Assembly (NCBI GenBank): GCA_964035545.1 | Contig: OZ037766.1 | Span: forward strand, 14,064,722 to 14,128,721 | DNA: 64,000 nt | Reading direction: 5' to 3' | Origin: Bugula neritina | Lineage: Eukaryota > Animalia > Bryozoa | Shown here: positions 37,264 through 50,600 of the stretch, piece after piece | How positions within the stretch are numbered: the stretch's first letter is position 1 | Layout: each line of letters starts with the position of its first letter | Notes under the pieces: generated by a model | The model's database searches: none | What the model saw: only the letters and a program-made list of their open reading frames with translations | What the model was told of the DNA's origin: nothing | Made by a program: the position numbers and the translations under genes

Positions 37264-40189
37264 TTATTTATCAATAGTTTAAATTTTAAAACACTGCACC
37301 TTGTATATAACTATAGGCATAAGTGTATGCAATGCATCTGTGATTACTTTATATCTTATTCAGTTAAATCTCAGCAACACTACCTTGTATTTAGTATTGA
37401 GAATTATTGGTGCTGTTGCTTAGTTAGGATTATTTTTATGTTGCTAACCTAACAAAGTGGGCCAACCCTTGACAATTCTGTGTTCTACTCATTATGTCTT
37501 ATTAGCTACAATAATGTTTGAGCAAACGACTATTTGAGTTTGAAAAATATGTAACGAATAGTATGTAATGTTATATAACTTACTTAGTTGTTATAGCATT
37601 GAAATCATTGACTGTATTTTTAAAAAGTGCACTATGCTTGCATGCATTCATCATGTTAATTAAATAATACAATCTTTTAACAATTATTTTGTTTTCCATA
37701 CTAAATTGTATTACTGTGCCTTTTGTTGGTCAAATATTTGTTCCCTGGGCTACTAGACTTATCTGAAACAAACACTGTAAATTACTTGATGGCAGGTTGT
37801 AAAAATTCACCATTTTGATATAATTGTGGGTGTTAATTCAATCATATCAGACTTATTTGAAAAATAGCATTCTAAAATTAATTGATCCTAGTGCTAGTGA
37901 CATGTTACCCTCAAGATGGACTAAAGATGTCGAACCTAACTTCTGAATATAATATAATAGAGCAGTTTCCAAATTAAAGTTCTAAGAAGTAAAGTCAATA
38001 TATTCCCCCATTAAGGAATTACTTTGCAACTTAAGTGTGTTTCTTCACACCTTCCATAATATAGTTTATGGTCTCAACACCTAACAAAAAAAACGTAAAT
38101 ATAAATCAAAGAGAAATGTTGAAGGCTGTGGCACCATAATAGTAGACCAAGTTATAACAAACTTTCCCACCATTATCATAGCAGCCTGAGAAACACATTA
38201 AATTCTCTAAGCTGTGGTTTTTATACACAATAACTGGTGACTGAAGCTACTGCAGTTTATTTATATCTTGTATTTCTACACAAGAATAACTTGAGAATAG
38301 AAAAATTGAAAATGGTCGCTAAATTTGGGACAGGTTGAGCTGCGCATAGCGTGAAGTTATGCTCTTATATTATTCTATCTGAATGCATGGTATAACAAGA
38401 ATAATAAAACTTGTTCATCAAACACAAATGCACTATGTATGTGACACTCACTAATTCTACTCATTATGTCTAGTTACAATGATATTTGAGCAATTCTAGT
38501 GCAATCATTATCTGGTACTATATATTGCTTAAGGTTGAATATAAAAAATTAATCTATGAATATACATAATACACTATAAACTCCAATCAATAATAATTGT
38601 ATTTGTAAGCCAAGACTAACCGGTTCTTAGTAAAATATATTGTATGTTCACAGTCAACAAAATAAATACAGCGTCCATTTTTATAAAAAAAAGCCTTTTT
38701 AGTCATCTAAAAAGCATGTTGTGATTTTATGTAAAATTGACCTAACAGAAGAAAGCTTTAAAGAAATTTAATTTTTTTAAGCTTATTACAGTTGAACTGA
38801 GCTTTAAATAAAGTCAGCAGGGCAGGTTGAACAGAGGCAGTTACCTAATACTCTTACGTTCATTTTTGGCAATGTACGTCTGCCTGCCTGCGTGTATATT
38901 AGGATAACATATTATATTCGTTATATACAAAACTAGCAAAGCTACCTTTTGAAAAGGAAAATTCTATAGGTAACAACTCAATAAGAAATTAAATTAACTT
39001 TAAAGATATTATCAGCTCATTAATTGACTTGACAATTCCCTCTTTATTCATCACAAACATGCCTATCTCTTTATCTCATTGCACTAAATTCACTTTATGA
39101 AAAGGTGTAATCATACATAGGTGATTCAATTGATAGATAGTGAGCATTTTACATAATCTTATATAACCTAAAAATATAACCAACTAGTGAAACTATTTCA
39201 TTTCTCTATATTATATATATTATAGTCATGTGTTCAACCAGTAAGTCTACTAGGTATTATGTTAAGCAGGTATACTGAGTAGTCAATGTCCTAGAAGAGA
39301 TGTATCTCCACCTTAATTCCTGACAATTATAGTCTAGTTTTAACTACAGCAGCAGAAAGTATTAGGGCAGTAGGATTGAACATAGGAATTAAGTATTGTA
39401 GTAAATAATTACTTCAACCACAAAACTTTTTTTATTTACAACTCACCAGGGAATAAGTTTTGTAACCATCAAGAACACAACTTTATTTTGACATGAAACT
39501 TTGCAACAAACTTATCATCTACTTTATTGCAGTAACGGTGGCAATAAATCAGCTATTTTAAAAGATTATTTTTTTAATTTGCTATACGTTACTTGCATGA
39601 CTATTTAATTCAACTTTCTCCATAACTATTTGAGTTGTGCTGTATATACACGCCTTCATTCTGCTAATATGTTATTGCAGTTGTTATTGCTATGAAATCA
39701 TTAAAAGGATCAATTTGTGAGCATCAAAGTTTTGACATATGTATAATTGTCAAAAAAGAAATGGATGTTTTTTAGCGAACTTCAAAGAATAATTGCCACA
39801 AAAGAAATTATGTGCTTATATTTATTAGATAGTTGCTTTTCAGGTACTAAGATGGTTGAAAAAAGTCACAAATTTGATTTTTGTTTGTTATGAAAGTTTA
39901 TGTGTATTAGCAGAATATTCAGCTATAATTATGTTGCACAAGTTTTGTTTTTGCGCTTTTTACAAGAATTTGAGACAATGCATTTTATAAAATTTAAAAA
40001 ATATAATGTTCTAAGAATTTAAACAAATTTTTTCCATATTTAAAACAGATTAAAAATACAATCTGCTTTAAAATGGTGACCAAGATTGTTTGTTATTCAT
40101 TACAAATGAAGCACGGCATATGAAGACATTGCATCATCAATCACGGAGTTGTCTCTCTGAATGATTTTAACGCTATCAAAGCCAAACTA

Positions 40190-40410
40190 CATGATTGGCT
40201 ACTAGTTGTTTATCGAACCTCGGTCTGATAGAAGGAGCCATGCCTCGCTGAATTAGTGTCTGGCACACGCATCCCAAGTAAGCAATTGCACTTTTGTTGT
40301 CAAACGTATTCATTGCTAATTTGAAGTTTGAAATGCTCACTGGGGAAGCAGGGAATACGCCTTAGACAAAAACATAATATGATTCCCAGCACTTTGGTTC
40401 ATGTAATAAG
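40190..40410 (+). promoter_or_regulatory. Candidate promoter and non-coding first exon of the RTK gene
   Basis: Locally CpG-richer island with a reverse CCAAT box (ATTGG 40194-40198), ending in an AAG|GTAATT donor at 40410/40411. The RTK ATG exon begins at an acceptor (gttttag|44688), so an upstream non-coding exon is expected. Inference only. Confidence 0.3.
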
Positions 40411-41880
40411 GTAATTTACATTCTTTATCCTAATGATTATATTAATACTAAAGTAATGTTACTCTAAGTAGTGTAGAAATATTTATCAAGATTGTCATCC
40501 TTAAGATATACCTTATATTATATATACTTTAGACAGGCAATCCAGGGTAAATGCAGCTGTTGATTAGCAATAGCTGTAGTTTTTAATTTTCCGAATTTTT
40601 GGGGTTAAAAATGCTGGAATAAATTAGAAAAATAAATCAACTATTGTCAACTTTAGGCTTTAGCCTAAGAGTAAGAGTACTTTTAATTGCTGGGGCCAGC
40701 TGAAAAAATTAAGTTATGGTAATGGTGAAAGAATGGTGTGCTGATAGGTTACAGTTTTCGGTTTTGTGCGATACTATAGCCTTCATATCACAGATCCTAT
40801 TAGTATTTCTGTTCCATATTTCAAGTATTGATTTGATGTGCAGTGGACATGTAGTCTGTAGTTTTGAGCTGTTGGTTTTATCTGAAAATACGATTTTCAG
40901 TAAGCATGTTGGCGATGTTGCAGTAGAACTGCTGCTAATGTTATGAGAATCAAAAGTTCTAACATAACATCTCCACTCTCTCAATAAAGTATTAGATGTT
41001 AGTAAAGCATAGGCAGCATGACCTTTCAACCCAAAAAGTAAGCGTAAACTTTAGTGACAGATAAAAGTAGTCAATCAGCCATTTCTGTCCTACATCTTAC
41101 AGATTGCATAACCATTGCTGAGTGAACTGCATTTTCCACTAGTCACCTTGTCAATGTTACCACTGTTATCATGCAGGCACCTTAGTCTTTTCACTGTAGC
41201 TATTAACTGAACTTTACGCTTATTTGCATATTTTTTCGATGACAGGCACAATACTGGATTGAGGTTTTGATAAATTTGAATGCATCTAAATCCTTTTAGT
41301 TAAAATTTCTGTGGGACAAACAACTTGAGTTGAATTGAGCCATTGATTGCTCAGTTATAATATCTATAGTGAAATGGTTCAAATTTTATTTACTTACCAA
41401 ACAGGGTTATAAAAAAGTGCTTTTATTGTTGATTTAACAATTACCTTCTACCAGTGCATTTAACTTTTTACCTTCAAGGTAAAAGAAACTGGTAAATATA
41501 CATTTTTTGTGAAATCATTTTCACTGTTTTGACCTGTTTAGTTGAGAGTGCTAATGGTAGGTTACCGTGACTAGGTATGTTTACTTGTACAGCTGCACTA
41601 ATCTGTACTTGTACTGATCTAATCTAGTCTGCTATCATTATTCAGAGGATTATAGGATTATATACCATCAACATCCAGTAGTTATAGTAGTGAGACTAGA
41701 ACCTTAGCCCACTGGAACGCTTATATTCAGGTGAAGGTTACAGCATGATGCCATACTCAAAGTGCAGCTAATAGTTCCATAAAGGTAGCTGCTTAAATAA
41801 CATAAAGGTGTAGTTTCTATAGAGTCATGATATAATAATATAAGAGTTGATAAGTTGCTGTTACTTACCCCGTCGTGTCT

Positions 41881-42272
41881 AGTAGGTACAGTGTTAACTT
41901 ATAGTGATGTGTATAGTACAGTGTTAACTTATAGTGTTGTGTATAGTACTATGTTAACTTATAGTGTTGTGTATAGTACTATGTTAACTTATAGTGTTGT
42001 GTATAGTACTATGTTAACTTATAGTGTTGTGTATAGTACAGTGTTAACTTATAGTGTTGTGTATAGTACTATGTTAACTTATAGTGTTGTGTATAGTACA
42101 GTGTTAACTTATGGTGTTGTGTATAGTACAGTGTTAACTTATGGTGTTGTGTATAGTACAGTGTTAACTTATGGTGTTGTGTATAGTACTATGTTAACTT
42201 ATGGTGTTGTGTATAGTACTATGTTAACTTATGGTGTTGTGTATAGTACTATGTTAACTTATGGCGTTGTGT
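41881..42272. repeat. 30-bp minisatellite x13 (GTATAGTAC[A/T][G/A]TGTTAACTTAT[A/G]GTGTTGT)
   Basis: Thirteen near-perfect head-to-tail units with no spacers; source of the spurious ORF 41855-42274. Confidence 0.97.
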
Positions 42273-42844
42273 AATGGCTCAGTGTAGCACTTGGCGTCAG
42301 GTTCTTCTTGGAAGGTTTGGATTAAGCTTTGCTACTTCCTGCATCCAAATCTGCACAATAGATGGTATAACTTTATTTATCTGCTCTGCGTTTTACAAAT
42401 ACACCTATAAATTTAGCTAATATTGCATTTAATATCTATTCAAATAATATTATGGCTGAGCTCACCCTTTACAAGAGCATTCTTATTTAAAAGCATAGTA
42501 TAGAAAAGCCTGCTGACTTAAGTATTATACTATTGTGGTTTCTTTTATTTACATTGGCCTATATATGCAGGTGCTTTGCCTTTCAATCTGTCATTAGGTG
42601 AAAGGGTATAAACACTGCAATCACACACTAGCTATCAATAGTCTTACTGAGTAATGGCATGTAATAGCATCTCTCATACTGATGGTGGGGGGGGGGGGGG
42701 GAGGGTAAATACGCTCTTCCAATATAGGGGGATATCTAACAACCTAACAACCTTTTTTGTAATTTGGCATTTTCCTCCTGCATATAATAGATTTGATAGT
42801 ATAAATAAATTTTATCATTTGAACTTGGCTTAGGATTAGGAAGT

Positions 42845-42980
42845 ACTTGAGGTCTGGTGGTTAGAATCCCTGGTCTAGAGTGACAAACAAAGGTCAAACC
42901 CCAGCAGCACCATTTGTGAGGTAGAGAAGGGCATCTGGCCAAAGTCATTGCTCCTTTGCTAAATTAAAGCCACGCTGTCA
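42845..42980 (+). mobile_element. Degenerate tRNA-derived SINE
   Basis: A-box-like GGTCTGGTGGTTAG and B-box-like GGTCAAACCCC ~30 nt later, then AAGGGCATCTGGCC...ATTGCTCCT, which resembles the conserved core of many invertebrate SINEs (recalled). No intact cloverleaf. Confidence 0.45.
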
Positions 42981-43295
42981 GTGTAGCTGGTTGTTTTGCT
43001 GCCTAAAGCATTATGTTACTTTAAATTTACTAGCAAGTCTTTCAACCAAGCTTCGTGCTGTTGAGTGTAAAACTAAATGAAGGTCCATGCACAGTTTCAA
43101 AGTTTATTATATTGTTTTGTTCTAGATTTTGGTAGTTGGTTAAGGTGTTTTCAGCATTTCACTAAACAATTTGGCAGTTTTTGCTACTTGTTACTTGTAA
43201 GACAATCTCACCTCAAAAAAACTATATTATAAAATGTAGATTTAAAAAGTCTTCTTTTCTCCTCTACGAATTATATCTAATGTGTCCAAGAAGGC

Positions 43296-43328
43296 CTATC
43301 TATCTACCTATCTATTTATCTATCTATC
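43296..43328. repeat. (CTAT)n microsatellite
   Basis: ctatctatctacctatctatttatctatctatcc. Confidence 0.8.
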
Positions 43329-44220
43329 CAGTGCACTGGAATAGAGAATGGCGTTTTAGAATTGTATAAACTATGGCCTGAATATTAAACTCCTGTGCTC
43401 TTCAACTATTTCATAGTTATTCATTGTTTCTCTTTTCTCCAATCATGACAGGCTAATAATGATAAATGATTGACTGCTGGAGTGCGGAATAGTAAGACAA
43501 ATGAGTAGATTTGTGTTGAATATTATTGCAATAGAAGATGAACATTGGAATTATGATTATAATTTTCATGGGACAACATTTTTTATTTCGGTGTTTTACT
43601 TTGGAACTGCTCACTAGGCTGTTTTGAAGATTTGTACAACTTAGCATCCGCACAATTTACAGAATCAAAAAAATTAGGTTGCTCTAAAGTCTAAATGAAT
43701 GAATCAAGTATGAATAAAAGTTTTAATTTTGCTAAAGTACAGATAGTTTTCTGCATAAAGGTAGTCCCAAGAGCAGCCTGAATGATTTCATAGTTAATGT
43801 AGTAAGCAGTATACATTCAGGTCAACTGAGTCATCACTCCATCAAGTAGGATAAACAATAACAACTGTCTGAGCCAATGAGAATAGCCAGATGACTGGAT
43901 AATGCTGCAATTGACCTTTTCCCCAGTTATTTTTCCTTGTTGCAAAGTGTGTAACTTTATAATCAGCAAATTAATTAAAATAAAATAATATATTTTGCTC
44001 CTTTCTTGACACAAGTCAACTGTACAAATAACTTTCATGATTTGACAGACGTGGTAAAGCAAGTGTCAAATCACGAAATTAATGAGCAAAGAAGAGCATA
44101 TTTAGTTGCTAGAGCTGTTTCCAAGTGACATGTTTTTATGATAAATTTCTCTATCAAGTCAGAAAAAGTTGATTTTCTGGCGGATGTTCTATAGTTTCTT
44201 TAGCAGCCATTGACGTAATT

Positions 44221-44425
44221 TACAATGTGTAATGTAATGTACAATATGTAATGTATAATGTGTATTGTAATGTATAATGTGCAATGTAAGGCATAATGTG
44301 CAATGTAATGTATAATGTGCAATCTAATGTATAATGCTCAATGTAATGTGTATTGTAATGTATAATGTGCAATGCATTGTATAATGTGCAATGTAATGCA
44401 TAATGTGCAATGTAGTGTGTAATAT
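44221..44425. repeat. Degenerate ~19-bp (AATGT-based) tandem repeat
   Basis: Repeated ATAATGTGCAATGTAATGT units, ~10 copies. Confidence 0.85.
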
Positions 44426-44694
44426 AACTATTGTCTAATAATAATGTGATTGGTATAAAAATTTATAGCCAATTGAATTATAGTTTCATATTAAAAAATC
44501 TCTCGGCTTCAAAAGGCATTATAGAATTACAAAAATAGTTTTCTTTGACAAATTTCTAACTTATGCTAAACTTATCAATAGAGAATTCAATAATAAACTT
44601 TTAAAAAATATGTTTGTGCATTTCTTTATTTTCCAATTTCCCAATCACCACTTCCATGTAGTAGAAGTCTCTGCTTGTTTGTTTTAGATTGAAG

Positions 44695-47600
44695 ATGAAC
44701 CAACTCAGCATGGCCCACCTTTTCACTCTTGCATTACTGGTTATTCTTCACGTACCTCTGGTTTCCTCTTTACGAGACCTAATTAATGTTGACAATGAAC
44801 TAGACAATCAGGCGGAGCTAGATTATAGCACTGCCATGAATGGAAGGCTGATCAATGCTGCACAATACAAGACTGCGACATTGGAAAATGGAACTAATTG
44901 TTCCTTTAGCCGAAAAGTGGTACGGTCCATACGGTCATATCCACCAAATTTGTCCATTGATGGAACTATTTCTGATGGAACATCAATACAGGTCAACTGT
45001 GCTGACTTATGCTCTGAAATTGGTACTGCTGCCGTTACTGATAACACACCTAGTGGCAGCTTAACCAAGTTGCAGTCCTCAGAAAATGCAATTCAGAGTT
45101 CAACTTCGACGGATGCCACATACGTAATGGCCTTTACTGTTGACAGGTAAAACTCAACATCTTAAAAAAAATTAATATTGATGATTTGTATATATGCAAG
45201 TAAATTTCTTGCCCAGCTGTGATATACAGGCTTACTTTTAAAAAGCTACTGCTTATATATGTCCTAGCACAGCTGGTTATTTAACAACTATTTGTGATTA
45301 ACTTGTCCTATACATCTTAACATGCGTGTATCCCCTTTAATTAATTCATCCCCATTATCAGAATGAATGTATGCTGTTAAACTTCGGTTGCATTCCGTTT
45401 GGCTGACACTGTAGGGTATTAGTAACACCAATCTTAGAAAGCAATTTGAGCAATGCTGCAACCGGTTAAAGTGCTCTCTGAAATTTACTGAAGTAGCTGA
45501 GGGGTGCTAGTCCTACATGGAGAACCACTGCCTTACTGTTATGCATTGGCAAAACTTGTTACTTTCAGTCACATGCTTGTTTATCATATTAAGCAGCCCT
45601 AAAATGGCCCTCTTTGCCCAGGTGATTCTTTATGGGGACATAATTTTATGATCAAAACTAGCAGCTCATCAGGCTAAAATCTAAAATTACCATTTATTAA
45701 ATTATCATTGCTGAACATTTTTTTCATAAAGGATCAGGTTGCCATGTTATGACTGCGTTGTCTAAAAATTAGCTTTGCTATTTTTGTTGAAAATTACAGA
45801 CTAATTTTGAATATTAATAACTGAGTGGTAAATATACTCAGCACCCTACTTGCAGCCAGAAGACTCATACAATTTATTCACCCTGGTTTTTTTTAATCTA
45901 ACAGCTAACCAGGAACCAGTTTTACTACTCTTTAGTTGGCCATGTTTGTGCAGAAACTCCTCTGACCATATTTTTTGTATAACTTCTCTGATTGGTGAAT
46001 ATTAATAGCAATTTTGACTAACTATGCACTCTACAGCAGTAAATATCTCATTAAAAAATTAAAAGATATTTTTGATGAAAGATGAATAGTGGAAAGTTTA
46101 CATGTATGTCAATTGTTTTGGTGGAAATGAAGTATCACAACTTGACTGTAAAGTCAGCTAGCTTCAGTTATTGGTTGCCATCTGAGTGTCTTGTGGGACA
46201 GTTAGTCACACTTCATATTCACCAAGCCAAAAGTATATTTTTTAAAGTTTTAGCCAATATATTATACATATGTTGAAATGCAGTTTTATGACTTAATTTG
46301 CATCAAATCTGCAAAATTCTAAAAAATCTCATTTATATATACTGTCTTTATGGGAGCTCTAAACTTACCAGTCAAATTAAATGTGGCTGCACAAAGTAAT
46401 ATGTCATCCGTTGTTATTACCATCATCTAACTTGATGTACTCTCAATATTAAATAAAATAGAATGCCTTAAGTAGCTTTGAAAGTATGGGGTGCACGTAA
46501 TTATTAAACTAAAAGCAAGGTTGTATGAAAATATTCAATATATTATTTAGTTATGTATTTCTAGCTTTGCCTTATTTGAGAGAGCTAAACTGTTTATATC
46601 TGTAATGACTAATCTCTAATAGCTGCACCTGATTTTATTAATAGTTTTTTATAGTACAATATAGTTTTATTTTTTATTTGCAGCTTTGCTGAATCCTCTT
46701 TAGAGAATTTCCTGAACGTCATTTTCAGTAGAAATACTTTGAACTATAGCACAACCTTGGAAATAGCAAAATTAGATGAGCCTGGTAAATACTTGCTCAA
46801 GTTTAGATCAGAATTAAGAAATACGCTCAAGGTTATAGAATTGAATGAAGACCAGGAGTACTACCTCACCACTATGGTATTATATTGTAATTCTGTATTC
46901 TTATAGTCTAATGTATAGTATTCCTCTAAGGAAGTTGCTTTTTATAGTGTATAGTTAGTTCTAAGCCCTAAGGTATCGTAGCCTGTTGGCTAGGCAAATG
47001 AGTTACCTAATCTTTTCACATTTTTACGATGATGTCACACTATTTTTAAATTTCTATATGCAAATAGTAAAATTTTTCAGTCAGCCAGTATCCAGTCTTT
47101 ATTTCTTTTGCTGCTGATAAAATAGAGCAATGTTTTACACTTTGTATATAATTCCGGTAGGTTGACAGGCAAACTCAAAGCACGGTGATGATGTTAGATT
47201 CACTTGAAGTTCAACAGATTCTCGCAGTGCCCCACTCTTATATTCTAGAGGATACCTCTACATTCACCTACACAATTCAAGATTGGAAAATATATGACAG
47301 GCTTTTGACTATGCAGTAAGTTGAAGGAGTTTCAAGTGGAACAAAGTGCTGTGTAATTCAAGGCCATTAATGATTTAAGACTATTTTCAAACAAGAACTG
47401 TACAAAATAAATGAGAAAGTCAAAGCCAATTGAAATTTAGCCAGTAGTGTTGGTCCAAGAAGGTCAAAGTCAAGCTAGGGCTGAATAGTCTTGCAAAAGT
47501 ATCTTGGCTACAACTTAAATACAACTTCAAAGTTGGATACTCAATTACATTTACTTTAGAGTTTATCCCCCCCCCCCCTCAAAATCCTCAATTAACGCAT

Positions 47601-50600
47601 TAGTTTGGGCATCCTGACTGTAGCCTTGTGACAATTAGGAACGATAGTTAGGAACAATCCACATTAATAAAACCTTAAAAAATGTAACTTATTTTTGTTT
47701 TTGTTATTTATTAATATTATTGGTCAGTTCTTAAATAATAGCTATGGCACTAGTTGTTTATGGTAAGTGAAAACAGATTTTATTTCATATGGCTAATGTA
47801 AAATATAATATATCATATAGATAATATTATATATAATCTAGATAGTATTATATAGATAATAAAATATTCATAATAGTAATATGAAAATTCATTTTGATGC
47901 TGTTCAGTTTGAATTTAGAATAATTACGAATCAATATTGAAGTCATTTCAGTTTTGTCATTATTGGCTATACTTGGCTATTAAAAAGACTAAAAGCACAA
48001 CAAGAGTTGCCATAGTGATAGTTACAATAACCGTGACTCATAGCTGACCATTATGGTATTAATGTATAACATTACATGTTGAAACAGTTTTCAATAAAGT
48101 TAGTAAATATTTATAAGCTTGCCTGAACATTGTTTTCAAAGACTAAAGTTGAATTGAACAGTTTAGAAATTAAACTAGACAAGGTTCAATTTTCAAGTCA
48201 TTTAGTTAAGCAAATTTGAACAAGGAGTTTCAAGCACCATGGAGTTGAAAAATTTTGATGCACCTAGTTTTGAAGGACATTTTGTTAATTGCTTTAAACT
48301 TGTTTAACACTCCTCACATTTTGTATTGCTAGAAAGCATAAAATATATTCAATCCAGTTACTATCGTATATAGATATTTACGTTTCAAAATACTTTTTTT
48401 TCAAAAAAACTGAGATTTAGAGCATCTAATAACTGCACATATGACTGAAAGACTCTTTTCAGCTCTCTATTATACAACTTCTTCTAATTTTATATTGCAC
48501 AGAATGAGTAAACCTCATGTTTTTGGAGTTAGCAAGTTTTGAAACAAATGAATGGAGTTCAGCACCAATTTTAATTAATAAAAATTTTCAACAGTTTTGC
48601 TTCAAAACTAACTTTATTGTTATAAAAAGATATTTAATTTGATTTGCATCATGTTTGCACATTTTAGAGAGTTGCACAAAATAATGAACGACGGCAAGGA
48701 GCTGATGGCTCAGACAGGAAGACAATGTAGCTGCCCTCAACAGTTTCCACTATTTACCAGATGGCGGCATATCTCTGATGATGTTTGGAGTGGACTCGAC
48801 TGCCATTCCTTGAATGGTTCCACAGCAAGTCGTATCAATCCCAACTCCCACGACATCCAGTTTACTACAGATGGGGATGACTTAACTTACTGGATATCAT
48901 CAACTGACCCTGTGTTCACCAAGATAACAATTGATCTAGGCACCACATATGAGGCAAGCAAGATATCATTCTCATATTTATCTAAAGGATTAGTTGCCTT
49001 AGGAGTTGTATGCAAACACTTGAGTGTATAAAGATATAAGAAAGAAATCCCATAATGACTAATTATATTTTATACAGATATTCTATGCCACTCTTGCCCT
49101 ACTCACTGTACCTGAACATCTGGTCATTACCAAGACTTTCGGTAACACAGAAGATGTACTTTTCTTAGCTACAAATGATTGTTCTTCTACATCCAACCTG
49201 CCCAACGGTTTGCCTCGGGGAAGTCCATTACGGTGTGAAACCGACATGGCAGTTCATGAAAGGTATTCCTTTTGGTGACTTGAAAGAAATTGAAATATTT
49301 TTATTAAAATATTTTAATAAATCAGACTTTTGATTTAATAACAAATGTTTAACTTATGCCATTCTGTATTTACTAACAAAAATTGAAAATACTATAAAAT
49401 ATAACTAGGGAATATTTTTTGCACTTTGTAAGCCTATAGATATAGAAAACATACTTGAAACATGTTTGCAAAAATGATGTGTGATATAAGTATTAATTAA
49501 ACAATACCGCAAGTTATCATCACAATATTTTAATTACACAAAAAAAATGTATGATATTTTTATAGGAACACAGAATCTTCAACAGTTTAATTGACATTTT
49601 TTCAATTTCTCACTAGAGCTAGCTTAACCTTTGTTTTGTACAACACACATAGCCATTATAGTCCTTTCACTATTAGCAACTCATTGTTTTGTAGTGACGC
49701 TGGTAATGACCTATCAGGCGTTATGTTGCTGGATTGGGCAAACACGTTTCTGGTTAAGAATTTGCAGATAGATCTCAACTCATTCCATGCAGCAAGATTA
49801 GACGGAAAGTTTAGCGCGAAATCAGTGTCTATATACATGTATGGGTATGAAGCTCTGGCTGTTGTACACGCAATTCACGAAATAAAAATATATGGAAGGT
49901 TAGTTGACACTTTTGTGTGAAAGTGTATGTAAATAGTGTAGGACTTCACTGGTCCATCTTCCATGTTTGCTATCATAGCACATAGTCATTACTGGACCAT
50001 AACAGCTTGTCACTCAACTGTCCGAATATTTAATAAAACTGAGGTTGAGATTAATTGGAATACGATTACTGGTAAAAAGATCTCATTTGCAGCTATAAAA
50101 AAAAATTGATAAAGTTTCAACAGTCATATTATCTGAGAAAACATTTGTAGTTGTCCAAAATTGCTCTTCCTGAATTCTGATAGGCATAAAAATATCTGTG
50201 AGAATGAAATTTATGTCAAAATATAGTATCTCAATAATTTAATTATCTGGCGAATTTATTAAGAAAAAAAAATGTGATTAAATCTGGCAGCTTTGATAAT
50301 TATTTTATCATAATTCTTTATGGGAAAGAGATATGATTTTCAAGTTTGCCATTTTTCAGTTATATGCTGCTGCCAAATACTCATTGTCAATTGCAACTTC
50401 CTCGTTGCTTAATATCTTAGTTTGTTATACCCGAATAGAACAGAGCAAAGTGGGGATAGGTGAAAAAAAAAATATGTTTGTTATAAGTGCTGTATTATCT
50501 GTAGCTGTGGCTGCTCTCCACGTGGAGAATGTAGCCTTGAGAATGTTGATAGTAGTAGTGTGAGTGCTACTGGTACCAATGGAGCTTCTGGAGTATCGGG

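Noticed and set aside
40709-41029. 106-aa minus-strand ORF and other short intergenic or antisense ORFs in the track
   Set aside because: No recognisable motifs or exon chain; consistent with chance or with antisense shadows of real exons.
41855-42274. 139-aa repetitive ORF / possible CRISPR-like array
   Set aside because: Translation of a stop-free 30-bp minisatellite. There are no unique spacers and the context is eukaryotic.
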